Source of the DNA: Planctomycetota bacterium
GTDB lineage: Bacteria; Planctomycetota; UBA8108; SXIK01
DNA length: 64,000 nucleotides
Direction of reading: 5' to 3'
NCBI GenBank assembly: GCA_965223265.1
Contig: OZ244999.1
Location: 5,440,001 to 5,504,000, forward strand
Of this stretch, positions 19,909 through 29,594 are shown piece after piece (within the stretch, counting starts at the first letter, position 1; each line of letters begins with the position of its first letter). The translations under genes were made by a program, and so were the position numbers. Below the pieces are notes generated by a model. The model had not been told where the DNA came from and searched no databases. It saw only the letters and a list, made by a program, of their open reading frames with translations.

Positions 19909-22647
19909 GTGACCTCCTTGCGAAACGTTTTACTTTGCGCTTTTTCGGCGATCACGATCTTCGCGGCGGAAGCGGTGTTGATCGCCGCGCCGAACCCACA
20001 GATCAGCGGTATCTTCCCCCCAGGCGGTACGGCGGGAACGACGTCCGAAGTCACCGTTACGGGCTCTCACCTCGACCCCAGCACCACGCTGCAGGCGACG
20101 ATGTTTCCAAAATCGATGCCCGGTGGAATTGAGTTCGAGATCGTACAAACCGCCGCAGGCGACGAACCTGCTGCGACGTCCTCGCCGCTCAGATTCCGAG
20201 CTCGCATCGATGCTGCGACGCCACCAGGAGTCTACGACGTCCGCACCGTCAGCGCGCAGGGCGTCAGTCAACCCAGAGCGTTCCATGTCACTCGTCGCCC
20301 AGCGCTCGAGCATGATGAGGCGTGGGACGAAGCTTGGCACACAGGTGATCGCCGGGCGCAGTTTCGGCTCAAAGACTCTGCGTCGACTGGCCCTGCGGAC
20401 AACACCGAAGGCACTGCAGCGCGTAGACCCCTTCTCGCCGACCTCGGCTGCGTTGTCAGCGGCTCGATCGCAGAGAAAGGCGACGTCGACACGATCGCCT
20501 TTGCGGCACGACGCGGCCAAAGAGTCATCGTCGAATGCTGGGCAGAGCGGATCGATTCGTCGCTGCGCGGCGTGGTCGAGCTGATGGACGCAGACGGCAG
20601 ACGGCTCGCCGTCAGTCGAGGCTTCTTTCGTGGCGACGCGCTGGTCACCACCATGATCCCGGCCGACGGTGTCTACGTCGCACGTCTGCACGACCTCGTT
20701 TTCGCCGGGAGCGAAGAGCACTTCTACCGCCTTAGCATCGACACCGGACCCCGCGTTCTCTTTTCAACGCCACCGGCCGTGTCACCGCAGACGACGTCCA
20801 ACGTGACGCTGCATGGCTGGAACCTCGGCGCTCGGGCGATCGCCTCGACCACTTTGAACGCCGCTTTGACGACGACCTCCATAGAACCCGCCAAGCGGCC
20901 AGGGAACGGCGTCAGCGCCTGGGGGCTCGAGGCGATCCACGTCGAGCTGCGCAGCCCGCCGGCGAACGCGTCGAACTGGCTGCCAATCGTACGTCGTCCC
21001 GCCGAGCTCGGCGTGGACGGCTTCGCTCACGTACATCCCGGTAGCGATGTTCCTGTCTTCGTCGGGCTGACTGCACTGCCGATCGTCCTGGCAAGCGGTG
21101 ACAACTTGACGGCCACCGACGCTCAGAGCGTAGAGCATCCAGCGGCAATTTTCGGCCGCCTCATCGGTGGGCGGGAACAACACTGGTACACCTTCACCGC
21201 GCGGCGCGGTGAGGTCGTGTGGCTCGAGGGGCTCGGAGATCGCCTAGGAGCCCCCATTGATCTCGACTTGACGATTCTTGACGCGGGCGGTGAAGTGGAA
21301 TTGGCCCGCTTCACGGATTCGCCACAAAACCCGGGCGGCAAACGCTTCCCATCCGCGCACGTCGATCCACACGGTCGGTGGATCGCGCCCCGCGATGGGC
21401 AGTTCTTGGTTTTGGTTCGCAACCTCACGGGAGGTATCGAAGACGATCCACGCCGCATCTACGGGGTGACATTCGAACGCGCCCTGCCGGACTTCGATAT
21501 AGCGCTCGTGCCGCGCCCTGAATCACCAAGCGCCATCAACCTCCAGCGCGGCGGACGCGAGCTGGCCGACGTGGTGATTCATCGTCGCCGCGGCATGGAA
21601 GCACCTGTGCGTGTCTCGGCCCGCGCACTGCCGCCGGGCGTGGAGTGCGCGGACGTGTGGATCGGGCCGGGCGTCGATCGAGCGCCGATCGTCTTCTCCG
21701 CTGTCGATAGCGCGTCGAGAGGCGTTTCACGAATCGAACTCATTGGGGTAGCCATGGACCACATCGCCGACGTCAACGAGCGAGACCTGAATCAGGTAGA
21801 CGTCAGTAAGGGCGGCAACAGCGACTCCTTTCTCTACACTCAGCGTGCGGACGCAGCCAGCCTACGCGCTGCCGGCGAACTCGCGAAAACGGTGCGTGGC
21901 GCCACAGTGGTGCGTGGCGGGCTGCCGAACGGCAGTGGCCGCTTAGCGCAAGAAACGGTGCTCGCAGTCCGCGGCGATGCACGCCTGCGCTTGACCGCAG
22001 CAGCTAACGATCGCGCCTACCAGCGCGGCACGGTGGTAACGCTCACGATCGACGTGACGCGAGTAGGCACCGGCGAGCCAGCTGACGTTGAGCTCGAAGG
22101 CGCTGGATTGCCGCCGCTGGTCACGCAGCAGTTTGCGTCGATCGACGCTGCGAAAAGCAGCGGTTTCCTCTGCTTCTATCTGCCGGAATCGATGCCGCTC
22201 GGCCGCTACTCTCTGGCCGTCAAAGCCGAATCGACCGTTGAAGTCACCGACGCCGACGGTGCAAAGAGTCGAGCGGCCGCGACTGCTTTCAGCAACGTCG
22301 TCTCCTTCGAAGTCTATCCTGCACCGTTCGTGATCAAGATCGACCCGCGCGCACCGCGAAAGATCCGACGCGGCGAAGTCGTGCAGGTGCAGTATGAAGC
22401 GAAGCGCCAAAACGGTTTCATCGGCAAGATCCACACCGAAATGGTCGCACCCCAAGGCATTGTTGGGTTGCGGGGCCGCGGCGTGACGTTTATCAGTCAG
22501 TCGGAAACAGGTAACATCCAGATCATCGCCTCGGATGATGCTCCCCTCGGCAAGCAACCGTTTCTTCAATTCGAGGCCGTCGGCACCGTCGAAGACAAAG
22601 GTGTCTATCGCAGCAGCTGCTTCGTCGACTTGGAAATCATCGAGTGA
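19909..22647 (+). CDS. Planctomycete PPC (pre-peptidase C-terminal) repeat protein
   Basis: IFPPGGTAG start; GDVDTIAFAARRGQ and HWYTFTARRGE PPC repeats; typical partner of DUF1549/DUF1501 genes. Confidence 0.8.
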   Translation: MTSLRNVLLCAFSAITIFAAEAVLIAAPNPQISGIFPPGGTAGTTSEVTVTGSHLDPSTTLQATMFPKSMPGGIEFEIVQTAAGDEPAATSSPLRFRARIDAATPPGVYDVRTVSAQGVSQPRAFHVTRRPALEHDEAWDEAWHTGDRRAQFRLKDSASTGPADNTEGTAARRPLLADLGCVVSGSIAEKGDVDTIAFAARRGQRVIVECWAERIDSSLRGVVELMDADGRRLAVSRGFFRGDALVTTMIPADGVYVARLHDLVFAGSEEHFYRLSIDTGPRVLFSTPPAVSPQTTSNVTLHGWNLGARAIASTTLNAALTTTSIEPAKRPGNGVSAWGLEAIHVELRSPPANASNWLPIVRRPAELGVDGFAHVHPGSDVPVFVGLTALPIVLASGDNLTATDAQSVEHPAAIFGRLIGGREQHWYTFTARRGEVVWLEGLGDRLGAPIDLDLTILDAGGEVELARFTDSPQNPGGKRFPSAHVDPHGRWIAPRDGQFLVLVRNLTGGIEDDPRRIYGVTFERALPDFDIALVPRPESPSAINLQRGGRELADVVIHRRRGMEAPVRVSARALPPGVECADVWIGPGVDRAPIVFSAVDSASRGVSRIELIGVAMDHIADVNERDLNQVDVSKGGNSDSFLYTQRADAASLRAAGELAKTVRGATVVRGGLPNGSGRLAQETVLAVRGDARLRLTAAANDRAYQRGTVVTLTIDVTRVGTGEPADVELEGAGLPPLVTQQFASIDAAKSSGFLCFYLPESMPLGRYSLAVKAESTVEVTDADGAKSRAAATAFSNVVSFEVYPAPFVIKIDPRAPRKIRRGEVVQVQYEAKRQNGFIGKIHTEMVAPQGIVGLRGRGVTFISQSETGNIQIIASDDAPLGKQPFLQFEAVGTVEDKGVYRSSCFVDLEIIE

Positions 22648-22814
22648 CCTCGCTCGGCCGTCGAAGGGACCATCTGGATCGGCCGAAAGCCGCCGGTGAA
22701 GATCCAGCGTCCCAGCGGGCGACTCACATCTTGCACCGCGAGCTTCCACCCAGCATCATGGGTCTCATGGTCCAACGACGCTGGCACGTAGTGAGCTCAC
22801 GCCATCTGCCGCCA

Positions 22815-25397
22815 ATGCAGCTGGTAGCACTTTTTCTTGGATTCGCCGCGGTAACGTTCTGCGCCGCGCCCGTCGCTGCGGCACCGCCGCAAAACGATGT
22901 TCCGAGACGGAAGACGACACTCACCGCGCGCGCCGGTAGCTGGCATGAGCTGACGTGTTTTCCACCTCGCGTCGATGTCTACGCCGGCGGCGCGCAGCAA
23001 ATCGCCGTCAGCGCCATAGATGATCGCGGACGGCCTCGAGACGTCACAGCTCAGTGCGGGATCGAAGTCGCAGATGCCGGGACTGTTAGTGTCACGTCTT
23101 CAGGTTTGGTGCGATCCACGGGCAGCGGCGAGACGGAACTGCACATCCGACTCGGCGCTGAGAGTCTTCGGGTGCCGGTCCATGTACGCCCCCTCGCCGA
23201 CAGGCCACCGCTCAGTTTTGTTGATGACGTCGTGCCGATTCTGACCAAGGCCGGCTGCAACGGCGGTGGCTGCCACGGTAAAGCGACGGGTCAGAACGGC
23301 TTCATGCTCTCGCTGCTCGGGTTCGACCCGAAGTTTGACCACGTGTCGCTCACGCGGGGTGCGTTCGGTCGTCGTCTCGGAATCGCCGCTGAGGACACAC
23401 TCCTGATGCGCAAGGCGACAGCTTCCATGCCGCATGGTGGCGGTCCTCGCCTACAGCGACACTCTGACTCCTACAACGTCCTCAAGGAGTGGCTCGAAAG
23501 CGATGCGCCGCCTCCGACAAGCGCCATGCCGCAACTTCGGACGGTTTCCATCCACCCCACGCAGATGACTCTGCCGCCTCTGAGCCGCCAGCAGCTCGTT
23601 GTCACCGCAGAATTCTCCGACGGCTCGCGGCGAGACGTGACGCGAGAAGCTGTGTACATCGTCAACGAACCGGATCTCGCAATCGCTAGCGACAGCGGAC
23701 TTGTCGAGACGCGTGAGCGAGGTGGTGTCTTCGCGGTGATGGTTCGTTTCGGAGCGGCGATGCATGTGTTCCATGGCACGGTACCCTTTTCTCAAGCGGC
23801 GGGCCGAGAGACGCCCAGCCGAACGCCGTCTGAGCGTGGCACCCCGGCTGCTCAATTAGATGCCTTGGAACAAGATTTAACGGCTCGCGCCGCCCTCTCT
23901 CCGATCGATCGCGACCTCTTCGCCCAGTGGCGCCGCCTCGGCGTCGTGCCTTCGCCGCCGGTAAGTGACGCCGCGTTTATCCGACGTGCCAGCCTCGACA
24001 TCTGCGGTGTTCTTCCCACCGTCGAAGAGATCTCGGCGTACGAAGCGGATACCCGCGCCGACAAGAGAGCTCGTCTCATCGACAGGCTTCTCGATCGTCC
24101 CGAGTATGCAGCCTTCTTCGCCCTGAAGTGGGCCGACATTCTGCAGAACCGAGGTCGCGGCTATGGCACAAGCCGACAACGTCCCGGGACGGCGCTTTTT
24201 AGCAGCTGGATCAGAGATTCATTCCGCACCAACAAGCCATACACACAGTTCGTCAGCGAGATCATCACTGCATCGGGAAGCCAGGAGCTCAATCCGCCGA
24301 CGGTGTGGTACCGCTCGGTGCGGACGACGCAAGACTACGTCGAGTCGGTCGCGCAGGCATTTCTTGGTGTCCGTATTCAGTGCGCACAATGCCATCACCA
24401 TCCGTTCGAACTCTGGAGTCAGGCAGACTACTACGGTCTTGCGGCGATCTTTGCGCGGGTCGGTCGCAAGGGCGGCTTCGCCGATGCCGAAGTTCCGACC
24501 GGGGAGACGATTTACCTCAAACACTCCGGAGAGATTCGCCATCCGCGTTCGGGGGAAGTGATCTCTCCGAAGCCTCTTGAGGCCGCTGCGCTTAAGCTCG
24601 GGCCGTACGAGGATCCCCGCCACCACTTCGCTGCATGGCTGTCAGCTCCCGACAACCCGTTCGTCGCCCGCACCATGGCCAACCGCGTCTGGGGGCATTT
24701 CTTCGGCCGCGGCATCATCCACCCGATCGACGACGCGAGGAGTACGAACCCTCCCACCAACCCACAGCTGCTCGAGACGCTCTCGAGTGACTTCGTCGCT
24801 AGTGGATTCGACGTCAAGGCGCTGATCCGTCGCGTCTGTAGTTCCTATGCGTACAGTCTCAGCTCGCTGCCGAATGACACGAATCGAGACGACGTACAAA
24901 GCTTCGCGAGATTCTATCCCCGCCGATTGTCGGCTGAAGTCTTGCTCGATGCGCTCAGCCAAGTAACGGCCGTGCCAACGGAATTTCCGGGTGGTCCGGG
25001 CAAATTCCCGCTCGGTACGAGAGCGACCGAGCTACCGGACGAAAACGTCAATTCCAACTTTCTTGAGGTGTTCGGGCGACCGGCGCGCACCTCCGCGTGC
25101 GAGTGCGAAAGGACATCGGGGGCGTCTCTGCAGCAAGCACTGGAGCTGGTGAACTCGCAGGAAGTTCAGCGCAAGTTGACGGCTGAGGATGGCTACGTGG
25201 AGCGCTTGATTGCGGCGGACAAGGACGACGTCGAAAATGTGGTCGACATCTTTCGACGCACGCTTTCTCGCCGACCCCGCGCCGAGGAGCAGCGCACCGC
25301 GCTCGAATTCCTAGGCACTGTCCCTGATCGCCGCGAGGCCTATCGATCACTCCTCTGGTCCCTCCTGGCAACCAACGAGTTCTTGTTCAATCTTTGA
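22815..25397 (+). CDS. DUF1549/DUF1553 protein with Ig-like domains (start uncertain, 22644-22815)
   Basis: SFVDDVVPILTKAGCNGGGCHG, FLGVRIQCAQCHHHPF, NRVWGHFFGRG, ACECER, EFLFN. Confidence 0.9.
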   Translation: MQLVALFLGFAAVTFCAAPVAAAPPQNDVPRRKTTLTARAGSWHELTCFPPRVDVYAGGAQQIAVSAIDDRGRPRDVTAQCGIEVADAGTVSVTSSGLVRSTGSGETELHIRLGAESLRVPVHVRPLADRPPLSFVDDVVPILTKAGCNGGGCHGKATGQNGFMLSLLGFDPKFDHVSLTRGAFGRRLGIAAEDTLLMRKATASMPHGGGPRLQRHSDSYNVLKEWLESDAPPPTSAMPQLRTVSIHPTQMTLPPLSRQQLVVTAEFSDGSRRDVTREAVYIVNEPDLAIASDSGLVETRERGGVFAVMVRFGAAMHVFHGTVPFSQAAGRETPSRTPSERGTPAAQLDALEQDLTARAALSPIDRDLFAQWRRLGVVPSPPVSDAAFIRRASLDICGVLPTVEEISAYEADTRADKRARLIDRLLDRPEYAAFFALKWADILQNRGRGYGTSRQRPGTALFSSWIRDSFRTNKPYTQFVSEIITASGSQELNPPTVWYRSVRTTQDYVESVAQAFLGVRIQCAQCHHHPFELWSQADYYGLAAIFARVGRKGGFADAEVPTGETIYLKHSGEIRHPRSGEVISPKPLEAAALKLGPYEDPRHHFAAWLSAPDNPFVARTMANRVWGHFFGRGIIHPIDDARSTNPPTNPQLLETLSSDFVASGFDVKALIRRVCSSYAYSLSSLPNDTNRDDVQSFARFYPRRLSAEVLLDALSQVTAVPTEFPGGPGKFPLGTRATELPDENVNSNFLEVFGRPARTSACECERTSGASLQQALELVNSQEVQRKLTAEDGYVERLIAADKDDVENVVDIFRRTLSRRPRAEEQRTALEFLGTVPDRREAYRSLLWSLLATNEFLFNL

Positions 25398-25715
25398 ACT
25401 CGAGCTGCAAAGTCGTTTCAGCGCGGCTCACGGCTCATGAGGGGCTACAGAGCATCGAGTCGAGGAGCCTCGCCAACACGACGCGAAGGGAAGGCGGAAA
25501 GCAGCGCCGCCAGTATTCGTTTTCGGCCTTCGGTTCTGGCCTCGCCGGCGCTTTTCGGTGGCCTCGACCGGAGGATTCGGGCATCCTGGGGCGAGAGTCG
25601 TGTCGGCGATTGCGAGTGATTCGCGCGAGCTGCCGCGAATCGACCGACTAACGCTGGTTTGGCGCGGGCTCCTGGAAACTTTAGCGAGAGACATTAGCAG
25701 AGGGACGAAGGGCTG

Positions 25716-27047
25716 ATGCTGCGAGTTCTCGGAGATCCTTACAGAGACAGTTACGGCGTCACGCGGCGCAGCTTCCTGCAGGTCGGCGTGCCGTCGCTCG
25801 GACTTGGCCTTCCAGCGCTGCTCGCCGCACGTGCCAGGGCAGCGGCAACGACCGGTCAGTCGGCGCCCAACAAGTCACTCATCGTCTTTTGGACTCATGG
25901 TGGCTTGAGCCAACAAGACACTTGGGACATGAAACCCGACGCGCCGCGTGAATACCGCGGCATGTACCAGCCGATCAAGACGGTCGTGCCTGGTATCGAC
26001 GTTGGCGAGCGTATCCCGCGCATGGCACGCATCATGGACCGCGTCTCGATCGTGCGTTCCGTCCATCACAAAAACGGTATTCATGCGCCCTCCGCCCACT
26101 GGATGTCGACGGGTTACTTCGGACCAACGTTGGCGCGCAACGCGCCTCAGCGTCCCTCGTTCGGGTCAGTGATCTCAAAGGCCCTCGGCGCCCGCCAGCC
26201 CAATATGCCGCCCTATGTAGCGGTGCCAAAGGCGGAAGCGTTCGGCTACCAAGGAAGCGTTTACCTAGGCGCTCCCTATGATCCCTTCGAGGTCGGAGCC
26301 GACCCGAACGCCGACGGTTTCTCGGTGCCGAATCTTACCCTTCCCGGAGGCTTGAAGCTGTCGGATGTTGCGGCACGACGCTCGCTGCTCGAGCGCTTCG
26401 ACACCATTCGCCGTGAAATCGATGCGTCGCAAGTGATCGGCAGGCTGGACACATTCAAGGCCCAAGCGCTCGAAATGGTCACAGGCGAACGTGTGCGCGA
26501 AGCATTCGATATCAACCGCGAAGACCCCAAGGTGCGCGACCTCTACGGCCGCCACCAGTTCGGACAAAGCGCGCTGCTGGCGCGGCGACTCGTGGAAGCA
26601 GGAAGCACGTGTGTGATCGTCAACACCGGCTACTGGGATCACCATGACAAGATCAAGGAGGGGCTCGAACAGCTTCTGCCTCCGCTCGACCAGGCGATCG
26701 CCGCGCTCGTCGAGGATCTGACGCTCCGCGGCATGCTCGACGATGTCATCGTCTATTCGGCGGGTGAATTCGGCCGCACTCCTCTGATCAACGGCCACGC
26801 TGGGAGGGACCACTGGGCGCCGTGCTTCTCCGTAATGCTCGGAGGCGGCGGTATTCAAGGCGGCCGCATAGTTGGTGCCAGCGAGAAGTGGGGCGGTAAC
26901 GTCGACGAGCGACCGTGCTCGCCACTCGACGTCCTGGCGACAATCTATCAAGCCCTTGGGATCCCACTCGACACCCACTACGAAGATGCAACCGGGCGTC
27001 CGGTCAGCATCGTCGATGCCGGCCGCCCGATTCACGAACTCTTTTAG
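25716..27047 (+). CDS. DUF1501 domain protein
   Basis: TRRSFLQVG, GGLSQQDTWDMKP, WDHH, GEFGRTP, GRDHW. Confidence 0.93.
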   Translation: MLRVLGDPYRDSYGVTRRSFLQVGVPSLGLGLPALLAARARAAATTGQSAPNKSLIVFWTHGGLSQQDTWDMKPDAPREYRGMYQPIKTVVPGIDVGERIPRMARIMDRVSIVRSVHHKNGIHAPSAHWMSTGYFGPTLARNAPQRPSFGSVISKALGARQPNMPPYVAVPKAEAFGYQGSVYLGAPYDPFEVGADPNADGFSVPNLTLPGGLKLSDVAARRSLLERFDTIRREIDASQVIGRLDTFKAQALEMVTGERVREAFDINREDPKVRDLYGRHQFGQSALLARRLVEAGSTCVIVNTGYWDHHDKIKEGLEQLLPPLDQAIAALVEDLTLRGMLDDVIVYSAGEFGRTPLINGHAGRDHWAPCFSVMLGGGGIQGGRIVGASEKWGGNVDERPCSPLDVLATIYQALGIPLDTHYEDATGRPVSIVDAGRPIHELF

Positions 27048-27076
27048 CTGCCCCATAGGCGCGGCGACGGGTCGAA

Positions 27077-27099
27077 CACACGCCACACGCCACACGCCA
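27077..27099 (+). repeat. Heptamer tandem repeat (CACACGC)x3
   Basis: Seen directly, 30 nt after the DUF1501 stop. Confidence 0.6.
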
Positions 27100-27220
27100 A
27101 GCGTCCCGAGGGGGTCAGCCCGCACGATCTGCAGATGCCATAGAAAGCATCGCAGCCCGCGTCGCGCGTCGACACATGCTTCGATCGAGATTTCTCAACA
27201 ACAGACAGACGGAGGAAACC

Positions 27221-28216
27221 GTGGCTTCTACTAGCAAGAAACCCTCGTCGCAGACACGCCTGCCGCTCGTCATCCTCGCGTGCAGCGCGATGCTCGGATT
27301 CTTCACCTACCTCGTCGCAGAGACGCCGGTCGGCGCCAAGTGGTGGCCATCGGAGTGGGGTGCCGAGGATCAACGCGGCGCGGCGAATCGGCAGACAGCC
27401 GCGAAGGTGCTCGAGGCGACGCAGCTGATCAGGACCGGCAAGGTGTACCAACTCGGCCGCATCTATCAAGAAGGGATGCCTCTGGCGGGAAAGCGCCACT
27501 TCAAGTTGACGATTCCCGGCTCCCCCACTGGCGTCTCGACCGGCAAAAACCAGATGGTCTCTCACGATGAGATGTTCAGCGGCGAGATCGGCCAAGTGGG
27601 CACGCAACTCGACGGCCTTGGGCACGTGGGTGTGCGTGTCAATGGCGAAGACATCTTCTACAACGGTTTCAAGCGCCATGAGTTCAGTACAGCGTACGGC
27701 CTACTCAAACTCGGCGTCGAAAACATCGGCGTCTTCTTTACTCGCGGCATTCTCCTCGACATCGCAAAGCATCGTGGCGTCAAGCGCATGCAGCAGGGTG
27801 AGGTGATCACGGTTGACGACCTCGAAGCCTGCCTCGGCAAGGCGAAGCTCGAGATTCGACCCGGCGACGCGGTGTTCTTCCACACCGGACATGGCCAGCT
27901 GTGGATGAAGGACAACGACGCCTACAACCGAGGCGAACCAGGGATCGGCATGGCCGCAGCGAGATTCTTGAGTGACCGCAAGATCACTCTCGTCGGCGCT
28001 GACACCTGGGCCATCGAAGTCGTACCGCACGAGAATCCGGAGAGGCCGTTCGAAGTGCACCAGTGGATGCTCACGCGCCACGGAATCTACAACCTGGAGA
28101 ACCTTGATCTCAGCGCACTTGTGGCTGATGGTGTGACAGAATTCGCGTTCATCTTCTCGCCCCTGCGACTCAAGGGTGCCACTGGGTCGCCTGGAAATCC
28201 CATCGCGGTGCGATAG
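27221..28216 (+). CDS. Cyclase family (kynurenine formamidase-like) protein, secreted
   Basis: WGAEDQRGAAN, GTQLDGLGH, GADTWAIE, LENLDL, GATGSPGNP; GGAGG RBS before GTG. Confidence 0.9.
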   Translation: MASTSKKPSSQTRLPLVILACSAMLGFFTYLVAETPVGAKWWPSEWGAEDQRGAANRQTAAKVLEATQLIRTGKVYQLGRIYQEGMPLAGKRHFKLTIPGSPTGVSTGKNQMVSHDEMFSGEIGQVGTQLDGLGHVGVRVNGEDIFYNGFKRHEFSTAYGLLKLGVENIGVFFTRGILLDIAKHRGVKRMQQGEVITVDDLEACLGKAKLEIRPGDAVFFHTGHGQLWMKDNDAYNRGEPGIGMAAARFLSDRKITLVGADTWAIEVVPHENPERPFEVHQWMLTRHGIYNLENLDLSALVADGVTEFAFIFSPLRLKGATGSPGNPIAVR

Positions 28217-28368
28217 CGTGCGCCGCGCGCCTAGCGGCCGATCCCGTTGATCGCGCGCCGCATCGCCGCAACCAGACATGGTGCTCGCCTTGACGTACAC
28301 GGCCCTCGCCGCTAGCGATCGAGCCTCGGGTTCACATCGATGAAAGGCCATCGAGGACACTGCCGAAC

Positions 28369-29472
28369 ATGACGACAAACTCGCACGACCGCAGCGTGAT
28401 TGGCTCTCGCCTTGAGGACCTCGACTCGCCCGCCCTGCTACTCGATTGGCGCGTGTGCGAGCGAAACCTGCAGCACATCGCCTCGTTTTTCCAAGGCAGA
28501 AGTTGTCAGTTGCGGCCCCATTTTAAGAATCACAAGTGCCCGACGCTCGCACGCCGGCAACTCGAGGCTGGGGCAGCCGTCGGCATCACGTGCGCGAAGC
28601 TCGGGGAAGCAGAGGTTCTCGCGGCGCATGGATTCGGCGACCTACTGGTAGCCAACCAAGTAGTTGGCGAGCGCAAGGTGGCGCGCCTGATCGAGACCGC
28701 TCAGCAGACGCGGCTGACGATCGCAGTGGACGACCTCGATCAGTGCAAGTCGCTCGCTGCGGCAGCGAAGAGTGCCAGGGTCACCGTCGGCGTCCTGATC
28801 GAAGTCGATATCGGTATGGGCCGGTGCGGCGTACCTCCAGGCGCGCCGGCGCTAGCGCTCGCGCGAGAGCTCGTGCGGCTCCCCGGAATCGAATTCCGCG
28901 GACTCCAATCCTACGAAGGCCACGTCGTATACATCAACGATGACGCTGAACGGGCGCGCAAGACTGCCGAGTCTCAACAACTAGCGATCGACACGAAGGC
29001 ACTCATCGAAAAGGATGGCATCGAGGTGCAGATTGTGAGCGGCGGTGCTTCCTCGACGTACCAGACGGTCGGCGCCATCCCCGGTTTCAAAGAAGTGCAG
29101 GCGGGAACGTATCCAACGATGGATTGGCGCTACCGAGAAATCACCAGCGAGTTCGACATCGCCCTCAGCATTCTCGCCCGCGTCATTAGCGCACCTGCTG
29201 ACCGTGCGGTGCTTGACTTCGGTGTCAAAGGCGCCGGTGGTGAGTTCGGTCCGCCACGCATTAAAGGTGCGCCCGAGGTCGAAGTTTCTCACTTCATGTC
29301 GGAGGAGCACTTCGTCGTGCCGAATACACAGGGCTGGGGCGTCGGCGATGCGGTAGAACTCCTGCCAAGTCACGCCTGCACGACTTGCAACCTGCACCGA
29401 AAGTTGATCGTCCACGAAGACGGTCGAGTTATCGACGTTTGGCCCATTGAGGCGTCTGGTCGAATGGACTGA
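28369..29472 (+). CDS. DSD1/D-threonine aldolase family PLP-dependent enzyme (alanine racemase fold)
   Basis: LRPHFKNHKC, GMGRCG, YEGH, SEEH, PSHACTTCNLH. Confidence 0.9.
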   Translation: MTTNSHDRSVIGSRLEDLDSPALLLDWRVCERNLQHIASFFQGRSCQLRPHFKNHKCPTLARRQLEAGAAVGITCAKLGEAEVLAAHGFGDLLVANQVVGERKVARLIETAQQTRLTIAVDDLDQCKSLAAAAKSARVTVGVLIEVDIGMGRCGVPPGAPALALARELVRLPGIEFRGLQSYEGHVVYINDDAERARKTAESQQLAIDTKALIEKDGIEVQIVSGGASSTYQTVGAIPGFKEVQAGTYPTMDWRYREITSEFDIALSILARVISAPADRAVLDFGVKGAGGEFGPPRIKGAPEVEVSHFMSEEHFVVPNTQGWGVGDAVELLPSHACTTCNLHRKLIVHEDGRVIDVWPIEASGRMD

Positions 29473-29594
29473 TGCGCTCTGGGTCTGCGTCGCCCGTTCG
29501 CTGTGGACGGAGCCTCTTGCCGGCTCCTGCTTCCAAGGGACGCCGCCCCGCAGCGTACGAGATCTGCACGACAATCCAAAGGGGAGGATTTCCG